Shown here piece after piece: positions 36,870-49,970 of a stretch of DNA of 60,000 nucleotides. This DNA is from Vicugna vicugna. Its lineage: Eukaryota. The notes under the pieces were generated by a model. It searched no databases. It was not told where the DNA came from and saw only the letters and a program-made list of their open reading frames with translations. The stretch is from the NCBI GenBank assembly GCA_013265495.1, contig MU058009.1:3429780-3489779 (forward strand), written 5' to 3'. Both the position numbers and the translations under genes were made by a program. The stretch's first letter is position 1. Every line of letters begins with the position of its first letter.

Positions 36870-37020
36870 GCACTTTTTTCACAATGATGCTCTGACGTGT
36901 TTATTTTACCCCCATTTTACAGTGAGGAACTAAAGGCTCAGAGGGGTTGGGCTACTGACCCAAGATCACCCAGCCAGCAACAGAGGCGCTGGCCTTGATG
37001 TCAGACCTTCCGGAGTTCCC
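36870..37020 (-). mobile_element. MIR
   Basis: cccattttacagtgaggaactaaaggctcagaggggtt...cccaagatcacccagc. Confidence 0.8.
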
Positions 37021-37849
37021 CACCCCTGGCCCCCGCGCTGTCACCTGGACCACCCTTCTGCTGGGTGCTGCACAGGGTCGGGGGGCTGAACAGCAGAGGC
37101 AGCCCCGGAGGCCTCGCCGGATGCTCGGGAAGACCAAACCCCTCATCCTGCTGTCTGAACAGAGGGAAGGCTGCTTAGGGAAACGAGTGAAGCCCCTCCA
37201 GCAAGCATCAGGCAGCGCCGGGCCCCAGGCCAGGGCAAGGCTGCCTCTGCGCGCTAGTTCTGAGGCTGCTCGTGTCTTACACTCCCGGGTGGGTTTATCC
37301 TCCTCGCCCTCCGCCCCCCATGCTCACACACGTCCCGCTTCCCCTGCTGAGCTACACCCCTGCCCAGGACAAGCCAGTGCCTCCTTTGCCCTCCGCACAG
37401 TCTGAGCTGCAGTCCCCTGGCCTCTTCTAGGACTGACCCCAGGTGATGTCCGAGAAGGGAACAGTCCCCTCACCATTCATCACACCACAAAAACTCTTGG
37501 GGAAAAATAAATTAAGTCCAGGCCAAAAAAAAAAAAAGCAAAAAAAGCACAGCCCTTTCCTCCAAGTTAATTAATTTGAGCACTGTTTTCAGGAAAAGCG
37601 TTTCTTAAATCCCTATCGCTGAAGGCAATTTTCTTGCCACAATCACTCAGCGTTCCTGACAGAAAGGAGCATAATCACTCCCTGACAGAAGGTGACGGGC
37701 GGAAGGAAGGCCCTGGGGAGGCAGATTTCTGCAGCCACCGACCAAAAGGCCGCGAACACCCAGGAGGGCCTGCCCCCGCCCTGGGGAAGCTCCAGGGTCT
37801 GATAGGCACAGTCTATCTGCAGGGACTCTGGACTGCTGTGCGGGCACGC

Positions 37850-37976
37850 CTGTGCAAGTGTGTGATGTATGTGCACATGAGTGTGTGATGTGTGCACACA
37901 TGTGCATGTGTGAGTGTGTATGTGACCACCCGTGTACATGTGTGTGTGGCTGTGAATTGCGTGTGCACAAGTGTGC
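37850..37976. repeat. Degenerate (TG)n-rich tract
   Basis: Directly visible. Confidence 0.85.
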
Positions 37977-38137
37977 AGGGCGGGGGAGGGGTGGTGTGTG
38001 CTGGTGGGTAGAGGGAGGAGCAGGAGTTTTGCATCCACTGGGACCCTGGGCACCTGGGCCCTGACGTCCCACAGGCTGCTGTGCTTGCCACAGAGGAGGG
38101 GCTCAACTAATGGTAGATACTCTTGTTCATATGGTGG

Positions 38138-38382
38138 TCATCATCATCACCACCATTATCATGACCATCATCACCTCCATCACCATCATCATCACCATCA
38201 TCATCATCACTGTCATCACCACCATCATCATCAGCATCACCATCACCATCATCACCATCACCACCACCATCACCACCATCATAATCACTGTCACATCAAC
38301 ACCATCACCACCATCACCACCATCATCACCATTGCCATCACCAGCATCATCATCATTATCATCACCATCACCACCAACATCA
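38138..38382. repeat. (CAT/CAC)n compound trinucleotide repeat, about 245 bp
   Basis: Directly visible. Confidence 0.97.
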
Positions 38383-38957
38383 CTGTTATTGTGCTGGCAA
38401 TTCATCAAATCACATAGGAATTCTCCTGAGCTCCTGTGGAAACTCAGGCTACAGTGTATTTCCCTCGCCTGGAGATTAGTGTATCTGTACAATTCATAGT
38501 TCATTAGAGGAGGCTGTGTCCTGCTAAATGAGCCCCCTGGGAGCTGGGGATGTTTCTAAAAACCTTTTAAGTAAATCTGTTTAGTATAAAGCAAGGACGA
38601 AGAATGTCTTTTCCTCAGGCCTCGTTCTTGCTCACTTTGGACTGAGCACACCGTGCATCTACGCGGAGGGCACTCTTTCTTCCTCCCTAGATCACGTGGG
38701 CAGGAAGCGTGACTCTGGGTACCCGTGTGTCCCCCGAGAATGTGTCCTGCTGGCAGGAATGCAGCATGTGCTCTCCTTGCAGGGGCTTTAGGACTTTATC
38801 TCTGTCCCTCAGACCTTGCCTGTCCGACCAGACCAAATTTAAGGGTTCTCGTGCTTTTCGTTCTTTTTCGTCCTCTCTCTTGAATTTGTTTATTGACATT
38901 TTAGGCCCTTTTCTGGGTCTGACACTCTTCAATTCATCTACAGATGTTTGTCTAATT

Positions 38958-39025
38958 TGGTGGTTCTCAACCTGGTGTTATAGGGTAGAATCACTTGGGG
39001 GGACTTTTAAAAAATATTGGCACCT
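38958..39025. mobile_element. MER5A-like element, left half
   Basis: gtggttctcaacc...tagaatcacttgggggacttttaaaaaata. Confidence 0.75.
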
Positions 39026-39027
39026 AG

Positions 39028-39295
39028 AAGCTGAGGGGTGGGTGAAAGGGGACGGACTTTCCATTATAAGAGGACCTAAGGCACAGCAGGAGACTGTGGA
39101 TAATAGGTAGGTGTAGTATACTTGGAATTTGCTAAAAGAATGAAGATCTTAAGTGCTCTTATCCTACACAAAAAGTGAAGTGAAGGGTGTGCTAATTAGC
39201 TTGATTGCAGTAATCATCCCACAATGTGTGATATACATCACGATGCACACTTAAAAATATGTACAATTTTCATCTGTCCAAAAAAGGAAAGAAAA
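39028..39295 (+). mobile_element. Old L1 (L1MA-like) 3' end
   Basis: tatacttggaatttgctaa...gatcttaagtgctctta...ctaattagcttgattg...atgtacaattttcatctgtc plus an A-rich tract. Confidence 0.85.
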
Positions 39296-39506
39296 GCACT
39301 TGCGGAAGAGCTCTAGGTGGGAACTGGGAAAGAGGGACGGAAAGGTTAGCGCACTGGAGTCTGGGGGACTTGGGGCCGGGCAGTCCCGCAGGGGAGGCTG
39401 TAAGGGGGGTTTGGGGCAGAGTGGGGTGGAAGGCACACGAGGGAGGTGGGGTGGGCGGCAGGAAGGGATCTTAGCAAGTTGAAGTGAGATGTGGTTTGTT
39501 TGAAAG

Positions 39507-39680
39507 CGAGGTTAGCCAACGATGGCCTGTGAGCTGAATCCAGCCTTCTGTTTGTTTTGTACAGCACAGCTGAGAATGTTTCTTCATTTTTAAGTGGCTG
39601 GGAAAGAAATATATGTGACACAAGAAAATTACATGAAATTCAATTTTCAGTGTGCATTGGTAAAATTGTATTGTAACACA
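39507..39680 (+). mobile_element. Truncated MER58B-like element
   Basis: gttagccaacgatggcctgtgagctgaatccagcc...gctgagaatg...cattttta...aaattacatgaaattcaattttcagtgt. Ends abruptly at an A/AT-rich tail. Confidence 0.75.
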
Positions 39681-39699
39681 TATACAAAAAATATATATA

Positions 39700-39831
39700 T
39701 ATTGGCATCTGAGTCCCAGCTCAGATTAAATAAAAAGGGAGGGAGTTAGGTGTGGGAAGGAGGGGTCTTGGGTTTCGGTGGTTCTTTCAAAGCTTCCCAG
39801 GTGGTTATGTAACCCAAGCTGAGAATCAGTA
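39700..39831. mobile_element. MER5A-like element, right half
   Basis: aaagcttcccaggtggtt...ccaagctgagaatcagt terminus. Confidence 0.7.
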
Positions 39832-39847
39832 ATCTAGTCCTCACCTT

Positions 39848-40272
39848 GTTTTTTTTTTCCCTTGAACTATAGTTGATTTACAAGGTTGTGTTAGTTTCTG
39901 GTGTACAGCGTAGTGATTCAGTTTTTTATATTCTTTTTCATTATAGGTTATTACAAGGTATCGAATATAGTTCCCTGTGCTGTACAGTAGGACCTTGTTG
40001 TTTATCTGTTTTATACACAGTGTTCGTATCTGCAAATCTCTAACTCCCAATTTATTCCTACCCACCCCTGCCCTCAGTAACCATAAGATTGTTTTCTATG
40101 TCTGTGAATCTATTTCATAAAGTTCACTGTGTCATTCTTTTAGATTCCATATATGTGATATTATATGATATTTGTCTTTGTCTGACTTACTTCACTTAGG
40201 ATGATAATCTCTAGGTCTGTCCATGTTGCAGCAAACGGCATTATTTTATTTTTTATGGCTGAGTAGTATTCT

Positions 40273-40323
<51 letters not shown>

Positions 40324-41036
40324 ATGTGTGTGTATACACTCCCACATCTTCTGTATCCAGTCTTCTGTCCATGGACACTTAGGTTGCTTCCATGTCTTGG
40401 CTGTTGTTAATAGTGCTATTATGAACATTGGAGTGCACATGCTTTTCAAATTAGAGTTTTCTCTGGATATATGCCCAGGAGTGGAATTGTTGGATCATGT
40501 GGTAAGTCTGTTTTTAGTTTTTTAAAGAATCTCCATACTGTTTTCCACAGTGGCTGCACCGAACTGCATTCCCACCAGCAGTGTAGGAGGGCTCCCTTTT
40601 CTCCACAGCCTCTCCAGTGTTTATTGTTTGTGGACTTTTGAACGATGGCCGTTCTGACTGGTGTGCAGTAGTGGGTACCGTACTGTAGTTTTGATTTGCA
40701 TTTCTCTGATAATTAGCAATATTGAGCATCTTTTCATGTGCCTATTGGCCATCTGTATGTCTCCATTGGAGAAATGTCTGTTTAGGTCTTCTGCCCATTT
40801 TTGATTGAGTTGCTTGTTTCTTTGTTATTGAATTATATGGGCTGTTTATATATTCCGGAAATTAAGCCCCTGTCAGTCCCATTGTTTGAAAATATTTTCT
40901 CCCAGTTCCTAGGCTGTCTTTTTGCTTTGTTTATGGCTTCCTCTGCTGTGCAAAAGCTTATAAGTTTAATTAGGTCCCACTTATTTATTTTTGTTTTTAT
41001 TTCTATTGCCTTGGGAGACTGACCTAGGAAAATGTT
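39848..41036 (-). mobile_element. 5'-truncated L1, about 1.2 kb (ORF2 3' part + 3'UTR)
   Basis: Minus-strand peptide [34 protein letters not shown]-run at 39849. Frames are disrupted. Confidence 0.95.
40275..40322. repeat. Perfect (TG)24 microsatellite inside L1
   Basis: Directly visible. Confidence 0.97.
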
Positions 41037-42029
41037 CTCACTCTATATTGGTAAGAATTCCAACCTTGCGAGGTGGATGAGAAAATTCAAATGCGGTCGT
41101 GTCTGAAATTCTTTGTAAACTAGGCAGCAACGTGCGTGCAGGCATTTCCTGCTGCCGTTGGCTCTTAGAAGCTCTCCGGCTGTGGTTCAGATGTGGGTGC
41201 TGTCTGTGCCGGGGACACGGCTCTCGCCTGCTGTCCTAGCCCCCAGCCCGCATGCTGTTTGCACCCCCCTTCCTCCCAGCTCGCCCCAGGCAAGCCGTGT
41301 TGACCTGCACCTGCCTCGGGTGTCTCCTGGGCCTGCTGATGTCACAGGTGACTTCCAGCCACAGATCCATTCGTGCGGCAGGACAGAGCCCTCAGATTCA
41401 TGTCACTTGTAAACCAGTCTGACTTGCCCTTGAGCCAGAGACAAAATGGACCCTGACAGCGACTAAGGTGACCCCCTGAGCAGCATCCTGTCCACCTCGG
41501 GCGCTACTTCCCGGAAGCAGGCCCTTTGGCCACATCTCCCGGGAGATCTCAGCCGCACAGAGAGCCGCTCCTGCAACTCTGTTCATCAGCTCAGACATAG
41601 CCTGTGTCAAATCCATTGTCACACGGTGTCACCCTGTCCCTGAATCCATATGTGAACTCAATTATCGCACATTAGGGCGTGTTTAACACTGCCATGGAGC
41701 ATTATTTCTGTACCATTGTTTGCATAGAGGGGGCAGGAAGAATCATTATCAAGTGACTGCGAATGGATTCTATATCTGCGCAAAGGAGGGCAGGGCTGGT
41801 GCTCAGGTAAGTGGATCAGAGCATCAGAGGGCGCCCCACAGAGTCTGTGCCCTGCTCCCAGTCATGGGAGGGTTAGGAGAGGATGCTGGGGGAGGAGCCT
41901 CCAGGCCATTAACAAAATATTTGTTCAAACCTGGAGGATAAGAATGACATCTTCTGAATCTTTCAAGTTCTTCCAGTTCAGGGAGCCGGCTCTGCCCCTT
42001 CCCACGGCCCCTGAGGAGGCAGAGAAGCA

Positions 42030-42185
42030 GCTTGAACGCTTGGCCTTGAAATCAGACTGCCTTGATAGGGAGCCGCTTCGTTGCTGTGGGGTCTGGACAA
42101 GGCCCCCACCTCTCAATCTCAATTTCTTTACCTGTAAAATGGGCATAACAACAGCACCTGCCCGAAAGACACATGGGTGAAATGT
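42030..42185 (+). mobile_element. MIR
   Basis: ggccttgaaatcagactgcc...tgctgtggggtctggacaag...caatttctttacctgtaaaatgggcataacaacagcacctgcc. Confidence 0.8.
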
Positions 42186-42225
42186 TTGGTCCTGGACGTG
42201 GAGCTATCTTATCCCACAAACCTTA

Positions 42226-42500
42226 GCCTTTCAGTCTGTTTGAGCGGCTGTAACCAACCACCACCGACCGAGCGGCTTCTAAACTGTAGACATTATTTCT
42301 CACAGTCTGGGGGCTGGGAAGTCCAAGAGCAAAGTGCCAGCAGATGCCGTGTCCCCACGTGTGGAGGGGGCCAGGGGATTCTCCGGGTCTCTTTCACACA
42401 GGCACCGATCCCCAGTCACCCCCAAAAGGCCCCGCCTCCAAGCAGCATCATGTTGGGGATTAGGTTCCAACATTTTGGGGTGATACATTCAGTCTTTAAC
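42226..42500 (-). mobile_element. MaLR LTR (MLT1A-like, internally deleted)
   Basis: ggctgtaac...ttatttctcacagtctgggggctgggaagtccaaga...aaaggccccgcctcc...ggggattaggttccaaca...cattcagtc. Confidence 0.85.
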
Positions 42501-45500
42501 ACAGAATAATGTTTTAAAATAAAAGTCATCTCCCTCCTCCTCTAACCGCCTTGTCCTTCGATCACGCTGAGCGTCCTCTCGCAATGCCATCTTCTGAAGT
42601 CGCTTCTCCTGTCCCCCCACCTCCTGCATGTCAGCCCGGGGAGGAGTGTGCCTCGCTGGCCTCGGACAGCCTCCTGGCTCCAAAGTCCTCAGTGTGGGTG
42701 GTGAATTCCAACAAACGCATACACGCACACACACACACACGCCTCCCTTGCACGCGCACAAGACAAAGGAACCCAATGCAGGTTGATTTTTTTGGCCCCC
42801 TTCTCATCATGACTCATCCGTAACGATTTCTCCTGGTTGTACTTTCTTCTGTGACAGAAACAATTTACTGCATTCCTGCAAAGCCCATTTTCTCAGCATG
42901 ATCTGGTTGTGTGGTTGTTTGGGAAGTAATTTACCGATATTTTGCTTCAAAATAGCTTACAGAGACAAAGGGGTTCTGTTGACACCAAGGTGCATTCCTT
43001 ATGGGCTGGACAAATAGGATAAAACAATTTAAAAAGTAAAAACATGGTATTATCGCCATTTTGAACTTGGGCTGTAAATCACACACCCCCAGGTGAGACG
43101 GGCCTCTCCGCCCCTTCATTTCTGCGCCCTGCTCGGAGGGCGGGCAGCGGGCTGGTGTTTGCATGGGCAGATTCATATGACGACTTGTTGGAGGCATGTT
43201 TTCCTGTTTGATCTTGAGCCCGGTCCTCAGGGCACCAATGCACGGCTTTTCTTCCGTGTCCTGCCTTTCACACCTGTGGAGGCAGGTAACCACCTCCAGA
43301 CCCATAACTCAGGAGCCCTGACCTCCCTGGATGCAGCCCGTAGTCCCAAATCTCTTTTCCCCTGGGCCGCCCACAGTCTGGTCCCCCCAGGGCTTCTCTG
43401 TTCAAGCTGCAGACCAGAGAACTTTTGGGCTGACCCATGCCAGCCCCCCTGACTTTGGGTAGAAGCAGCAGCCGGTGCTCCCCCCGTGAGAGCTCCCCAG
43501 GGCGGGAGGCTCCTCAGCTTCCCCGGATAATCTGCTCCAGTCTGAGCTCCTTCTTCAAATTAGACAGGATTTAGGCTTCGTCTTGGTCTTAGAGCCGACT
43601 CACGTTTGTTACTGGTTGTGCCCATGGTTTTATACTCCTTTTAGAATTAATAATGATTTTAGGGCTTTATAATGGGCAAGGTTTATGATCATCAGTCTAA
43701 TCCTATAAGCCTAAATCCTAAACCAGCATGAATCACGCTCAGGCCGGAGCTAAGCGGCTGCACAGATCTTTGAGTTCCTGAGAAGCTGACACGAGGAGGG
43801 GAGAGAGAGAGACGGCCGTTGTCAGCTCCCGAGCGCGCTCCCACCAGCCAAGGGGCCCCTGCGGGAACCGACTTCCAAAGGAGAGGGCTTCCGGGCATCC
43901 TGTTAAACGTGCGTTTATTTAAGTTGCATTCATAAAATTAAAATGTGATTCTCTCCATGTTTTTAAGCAAAGGTTGGGTTGCTGTAGTACATTTCTGGAC
44001 ATTTTACAGTTTACTGTTTAATCACTCACTCATTCACAAAGGTGAAACCCTGCCCCTCCCAAGGTGTTATGATAGAGGCCCCCAAGCTATTTTTCAGATG
44101 GCCTCTGCTTTGGAGACGCCCTCCCAGCTTAGTGGGGGGCGCCAGCATTCTCGAAAAGGTCCTATTCTTTCTATATCTGTAACGTTCAGCTCCTTCAGCT
44201 GGCTGGCTGGGGCTCAGAAGGGACGAGGATTCCCAAGAAACGTGGCTAACTTCACGTGAATAACTCTGCCATCCATTTCTGCCCCCGATGCCTTCCTTGA
44301 CGGTCCCTTTCTCCTTCCTATTCCTGCCAACAGAGGAAGATGTTTATTCCTAAAAAAAAGGGGGGGTGGTTTACCCATGACCCCTGAGACTATCCAAGAA
44401 AAGGTCCAGTTTCAAAGAGGTAGCCCAGAACCCAGCTGGTCTCGTTTTTCCTGTCCTGATTGCTGTTGAGTCCTGGGCACATGCTAATTTGTGCTGCATT
44501 ATCATAGTGACAGTTGAATTCCAAGGACAGAGTTAATTCTCTGTTTCTCAAGTCTCCAGAGCTATACAGTCAGGTAACAGGTCCAGCGGGTCTTCAGATG
44601 GGATACTTAAGGCTGGAATTGTACCATCTCCACTCCACCATCGTGGCAACACCAATGCCCGGGAGGAACCAGGGAGGGGCAGGACCAAAAAGACTCCAAC
44701 TGTGGTCACGCAGTTACTACAGGGCCACATTTAGGGCATTGTCTTCCTTGCCTGTCCTTCGTGGGAGCTGCTGAGCACAGCTAAGTGGCCCTGGGACCCT
44801 GTGGAAGAGGCGGACAGTTGTTCTGATCTGCCAGGAAGCCCGGGAGAGACACGTGTCTGGTTCATAATAGAATCGGCCACTTGACAAGCCTCTCTTATTA
44901 GAGGGATGCTCCAGATGGCATGTGGTTGGAACCACAGAGGGAAAAAGTGGGCAAGTAGTGTTTCTTCTTGCTTGTGGCATCAGCTTCTGAAATGAGTCCT
45001 CCCCTCCCCGAGCCCTGCAATCCCTTTGGCCCTTCGGGGGCTTGGCTGGTCCCCACCGACAGGAGGACACTTGGGGGTAGAGCTCCCCCTCCTCTAACTG
45101 AGACCAACCCGCTTGTTTAATTGGCATCGCTCCATGGCTCCAGGACATCTGGAATTTGTCTCTGTGGCCTTTCCTGCACCCCAGGGAGGACCCTTGGGGC
45201 CAACCCAAAAGGGCAGCTTGGGCTGTGGAGCAGGTGACTCCATTAATCTGGGCTAAACTGAGTGTCAGCAAATCGTGTTTCAAGGGCAGCCCAGGAAACC
45301 ATGGCCTCGCAGCCGTCTGCGTGCGGCCCAAGGCCCCGCGGTAGCTGGGCTCGGCAGCTTGTTTCCGTTGGTTTATGTAATAGCCACAACGCCGCGGGTG
45401 GATTAAGTACTTTCTTCATTTAGAGCATCCACGAGCGTATGACATTTGAGAGATGTCCTCAACCTCGTCAAGGGCAAATGCTCGCTTTATTGCTCCCCCT

Positions 45501-45719
45501 GGTTCTTTACTTAAAGACAACAGACTGCTTTCTGCTCACGGCGACGTGGAGGAGCAGAGGTGAGTGGAAATCACCGCAGATGTTTTACGATGTTCAGACC
45601 CTTGCAGTCATGCTCCCCAAACTGGCTAATAGCCTCTCTCCTGTGTTTTCTCATTCTGTCTCCTGCAGTTTCTCCTCTCATTTTCTTTCCAAGTCAAGAT
45701 CTTTGCCCTTTGCGTGAAG

Positions 45720-45890
45720 CATAATGATACTTAGCATTTATGCAACACTTTGCATTTTTAAGACCCTAAATGATCATTAATTAGCAAATCCACACAAGAC
45801 ATGATGCTTGTATAGCAGGCCAGCTGCTACCCCACTGCACAGATGGGAAGCCTGAGGTCCCAGTGGACCAACTCATAACCCAAAGCCGGG
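45720..45890 (-). mobile_element. MIR
   Basis: agcatttatgcaacacttt...ccccactgcacagatgggaagcctgaggtccc. Confidence 0.6.
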
Positions 45891-47059
45891 AAATCCTTCT
45901 CCCCCATCAGAGCCTCTGGCTTCCAGTGAAGGCTTCCTCCACACTTGGCTCCCAGGAGCAAAGTCAAGAGAGAAAGAAAGATCAGAAGTTATTTTCCCTA
46001 CATGCCTTCTCTATTAAAACCCATCCTGTTCACGATTCCAATGATTTTCTCAGCGATCTGTCTGAGCGGTGGAGAACTCCAGGCCTGTCCAGCAGAAAGT
46101 GCCCGCCCTGAACGTTTGGGGCTCCCTGTGACTAATCACCCGTCCTTGCACCTGTCAGCCATGCCGTCCGTGGAAATCAGAAGCACTCAGTCAGGACTCA
46201 GCATTCCTATCCAGTGCCTCTTTCATGGCTCCCTCCGAGGGCGCCCACCTTCTAGGCTGTATTTCATTAGCTTATTCATGGGCTCATCACATGGGGCAGA
46301 GCCAGCACCTTCGCTGCAGACAAGCTGCAATATGCCCACTGCTCCTCCTTGTCTTCAAGGGTCATCTTCTGTTTGGGTCTGGAGGATACTGAATGGGTTG
46401 GACGTGACAGGTTCCCTTCACCGTCACGTTGGTAATCACCCAACACCCAGTCGCTTTCCCCCCAGATTATTCTTTTTTGATTTGAATTGAGAGTCTTCCT
46501 CAAGTCAAGTCAGGTGTTGTTGCTAAGCTCTCACTTTCTGTCTTTTTAAAAAACATACATTGTACTGGCCTTTTTTCCAGTCTTTGGAAACCTTCACCCG
46601 TCTTTCATAAGTTCTCAAAAATGAGATTTGTTGAAACTAAAATTCCATCAGTCAATTTTTAATGACAGTATCCACTAAGTTATCAGGCTTTGAATGGCAG
46701 GGGCAGTATTTCATTCAAATTTTTTTTTTTTATTCCTGACGGTGGAATTAGATTCCACCTGAAGATTAACAGGTGCTTAAATCCTGTGTGAGAAGCACCC
46801 GGCCCTCAGGGAAATGCTGCAGAATGGATTATCTTGCCCAGCCATCTAGGAATTTTCAATTTAGGTGGGCAAGCAAGTCTTACATCCATGAAAGTTTTAG
46901 AAAATAGTAAATGACAATGTGATCAAGGGCCGGAACAGACCAGAAAGGCCATGCGTATAAAGCTCCAGCAAGCAGGAGAATTCAAGTCGGATCTTACAGC
47001 CGACACGCCCAGCAGAGCCCCGAGTACAGCTGGGGCCGTGGGGGTGGAGCTCCACCCGA

Positions 47060-47400
47060 GCTTCGGCGCCAGACGGATCTGGAGTCAACCCCCAGCCTTC
47101 TGCCACTGCGTAGCGGGGCGACTGGGACAGTTATGTGACCTCTGCCAGCCTAGTTTACTCGCCTGTGATGCAGGAATAATAATATTTCCAAGAATGCAGA
47201 GGAAAGAGAGCTCTGTCCCTTTTGTTCACTGCTGTGCCCTCATGGGCTAGAAAAGTGCCTGGCACACAGGAAAAAAAAAATTGCCAAAACCATCGACCTC
47301 ACCAGGTTTTCGTTAGTTTAGGTAATGCAAGAATTTTAAAAATTTAACACAGTATTTGGCACGCTAAGTGCTCAGTAAAATCTTTAATCTTTGCTGTTAT
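47060..47400 (+). mobile_element. MIR interrupted by an L2 3' tail (about 47205-47282)
   Basis: MIR core to 47187, then the L2 end (tttgttcactgctgtgccc...tagaaaagtgcctggcacacagg), then the MIR tail (aacacagtatttggcacgctaagtgctcagtaaa). Confidence 0.65.
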
Positions 47401-47899
47401 CATTTCACCTGGGCTGAGGAGCACTGACCTTCTGGCCACCGAAGCTCTGGGTTCTCTGTTCCCTGGAGCAATGAGGCAGCAGGCTTTTTAAAAGGATCTC
47501 AAGTCTGTAGAAAGCTGCGCACACCTTCCGACGTGTTCCACGCCTCTGCTCGCCGACTTCACCCTGTTAACTCATCGTGTGTTGACTCCAGTCCCTCTGG
47601 ATCTGGCTTTCCTTTGTTATCTCCCCCAGACCACACACCTCACCTGCTGCACCTCTTTCTGCAGCCTCCAGCTCACCTTGATGGTTGCAGGTAATTTTCT
47701 TACGAATGACCAACACTCAGTATGAGTCCATGAGATACAGCTCCTGGATAGCTAGCTTACCGCTCCTGGGGAAAATGTCCTCAGACCCGGGGAGTTGGAA
47801 TGACTCCCTGGCAGATGTGAAGGATGTTTTTCCATCTACCTGAATTTTTCGATTTTCAGAGCAGGACCAATTTACCAGGAGACACTTTTTATCAAGGGA

Positions 47900-48092
47900 G
47901 TACAGACTTGGCATCCAGGCTTTGCCCCTTGCTGGCTGTACACTTTCAGAGAAATTTCACCTCTTTGATTTTCCATTTCTTCTTCAATAAACTATGGTTA
48001 AAATTACCTACCCAATAAGGTTGTGGTAAGTCAGTGTTAAGAAAAATGTCGTGTGTAAAGCACTTTATATTTTGCTTGGCATGCAAGTTGCT
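47900..48092 (+). mobile_element. MIR
   Basis: cagacttgg...tacctaccc...ggttgtggtaag...tgtgtaaagcactt. Confidence 0.65.
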
Positions 48093-49538
48093 TTTATTTT
48101 TCTGTTTCTTCTTTCCAGAAACCAAGTTCAACCATTGCTGAATTCCCCAAAAGGGATGCATGGGTCCAGAAGTCACTTCTCACGCGTGTGGAGAATGATG
48201 ACCAAAGAACCAACTTCTTGCAACGAAGCCTGGGTGTGGTCTGCACTTTCGTACTCTCGGAGCGCTGGGGTGCGGAGGGTCCTGACGGTTGAGAAGTCCA
48301 CAGTCTAAGAGTCCAGACTGACTCTAACACATGAGCCATGGCGAGCGCAGGTGGCGTGTCCTGAGGGTGACATTAAGGGGTGCAAAATGTCATTGTGGCA
48401 GCACTTCAGAGGCCAGTTGGATCTGGGCAGCTGGAAAGACCTTCACTGAAGGCGCCCTGGGACCCTCCCTGACGCTTGAAGAACGATGTTGCAGGGTGGG
48501 GGAGGCAGGGTGAGGCTTTCGCTCTCAGCATGTTGTAAAGGAAAAGATTTTCCTGAGCTAGACCCACCAGGTGAGGCTGTATGAACCACCCGGCAGTCAG
48601 GGGGCCCCACCAGCCCAGGAGAGGGTCATGCTGGGAGCTGATGCCCCCGCAGTGGAGGCCAAGACCCAAGCGAGGTACAGGAGTCACGCCCGGGCTCCAG
48701 CCCAGAAGGCAGGGCTGTCGCTGGCTCTGCAGATGGGTTCCGGCCAGGTGAGGTCAGGTGCTGGGAGGCCAAGGAGAGGAGGGCCTAGTCAGGGCCGGGG
48801 CATTTCTTAACTCCCAAGGGCACTGTTCACAACAAACTCGAGGGGAAAGGTCCCAACGGAAGTCAACACAAGGGGGCAGCCTGGAGTGCAGCCCAGCCTG
48901 CATGGTGGTTCCTGTCCCGGCCACACACACCGGGGAGATGCTGCGTAGAGTGTCAGGCCCACGGATTCCACCCACTTGATCGGACGAGATGGGTGTTGGG
49001 GAAACGTATGCGAGGTGAGGCACCAGGCGTTGTACTTAGCAGGGAGGTTTCGCTGCTATCACAGCCTTTTATGCCCCACGGGTGGCGACACTGCAGAGTA
49101 CATCAAGCATCGATGGTAACTCGGAATTCCTTCAGTTCAGAGTGGCTTCTTACGGGCACCTGTCCCCCGGGGCTGCCTGGGTGAGACTGTTTTAAAACGT
49201 TCCCCAGTTGTCTTCACTAACTTGCTGGCTTTTAAAATCTTTCCCTTCCCTTTCTTCTTCTTCCCCTTGTCCCTTCCCCTTCCCTGTTTCTCTTTTTCCC
49301 TTCTTCCCGCTGTTGACAAAGCGATGGGTGTAAGACGCCTTCAAGGAACTCTGGCTGCACGCACTGCCTTCCAGTCTAGGAAGGAACTCCAGGGGCAGCT
49401 GAAGTCGCGTCTGGAACTGACCTCATCCCTCGGGGCTCCTCGTCCTCCCCCTTCCTGTGTCTTATCTCTGATGCTACCTAGGATTCCTGACTTGGTTTTT
49501 CTCCATGGATTTTGTCTGTGTCCCTTTTTCTTTTTTGG

Positions 49539-49817
49539 AGTGTTTCAAACTTTTTTTGACAATGAGATACTGTATGAAATATGTTTTACCTGCTTAACCC
49601 AGCACACGTGGACAAATAGATACACACATATGCATAAAACAGACAAAATCATCATTAAACAACATTTAACCCCGCTCTGGGTGATGCCTTCTGACATTCT
49701 ATATTCTATTCTGTTCTCCTCTATTTCCTCCCATCCATTCAATTTCACTTAAAAATAATTCACTAGATTCATTCCATAACTAATTAATGGAGCATAATTG
49801 GTCGTTTGAAAAACACT
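49539..49817. mobile_element. hAT-Charlie non-autonomous element (Charlie4z-like)
   Basis: Terminal inverted repeats agtgtttcaaac / gtttgaaaaacact with an internal (ttcta)n-like tract. Confidence 0.7.
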
Positions 49818-49970
49818 TTTTAAAATGATTATTGACTTTGGAATTCGTTCCATCTCTGAGGGGTCTTTTGTTTCCACCTGATTCCTGAATATTCTTGATT
49901 GGACTGTCTCCTTGAAATCCCAGCCAAAGATGACAAGACCAATAATATGCATTAAAGAGCATGTAAACAA

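Noticed and set aside
37971..38504. Poly-His, poly-Ile/Thr and Met/Val-rich ORFs
   Set aside because: These are translations of the (CAT/CAC)n microsatellite.
45550..45570. Plus-strand donor GAG|GTGAGT
   Set aside because: There is no convincing upstream acceptor or coding frame, and isolated donor matches are common.
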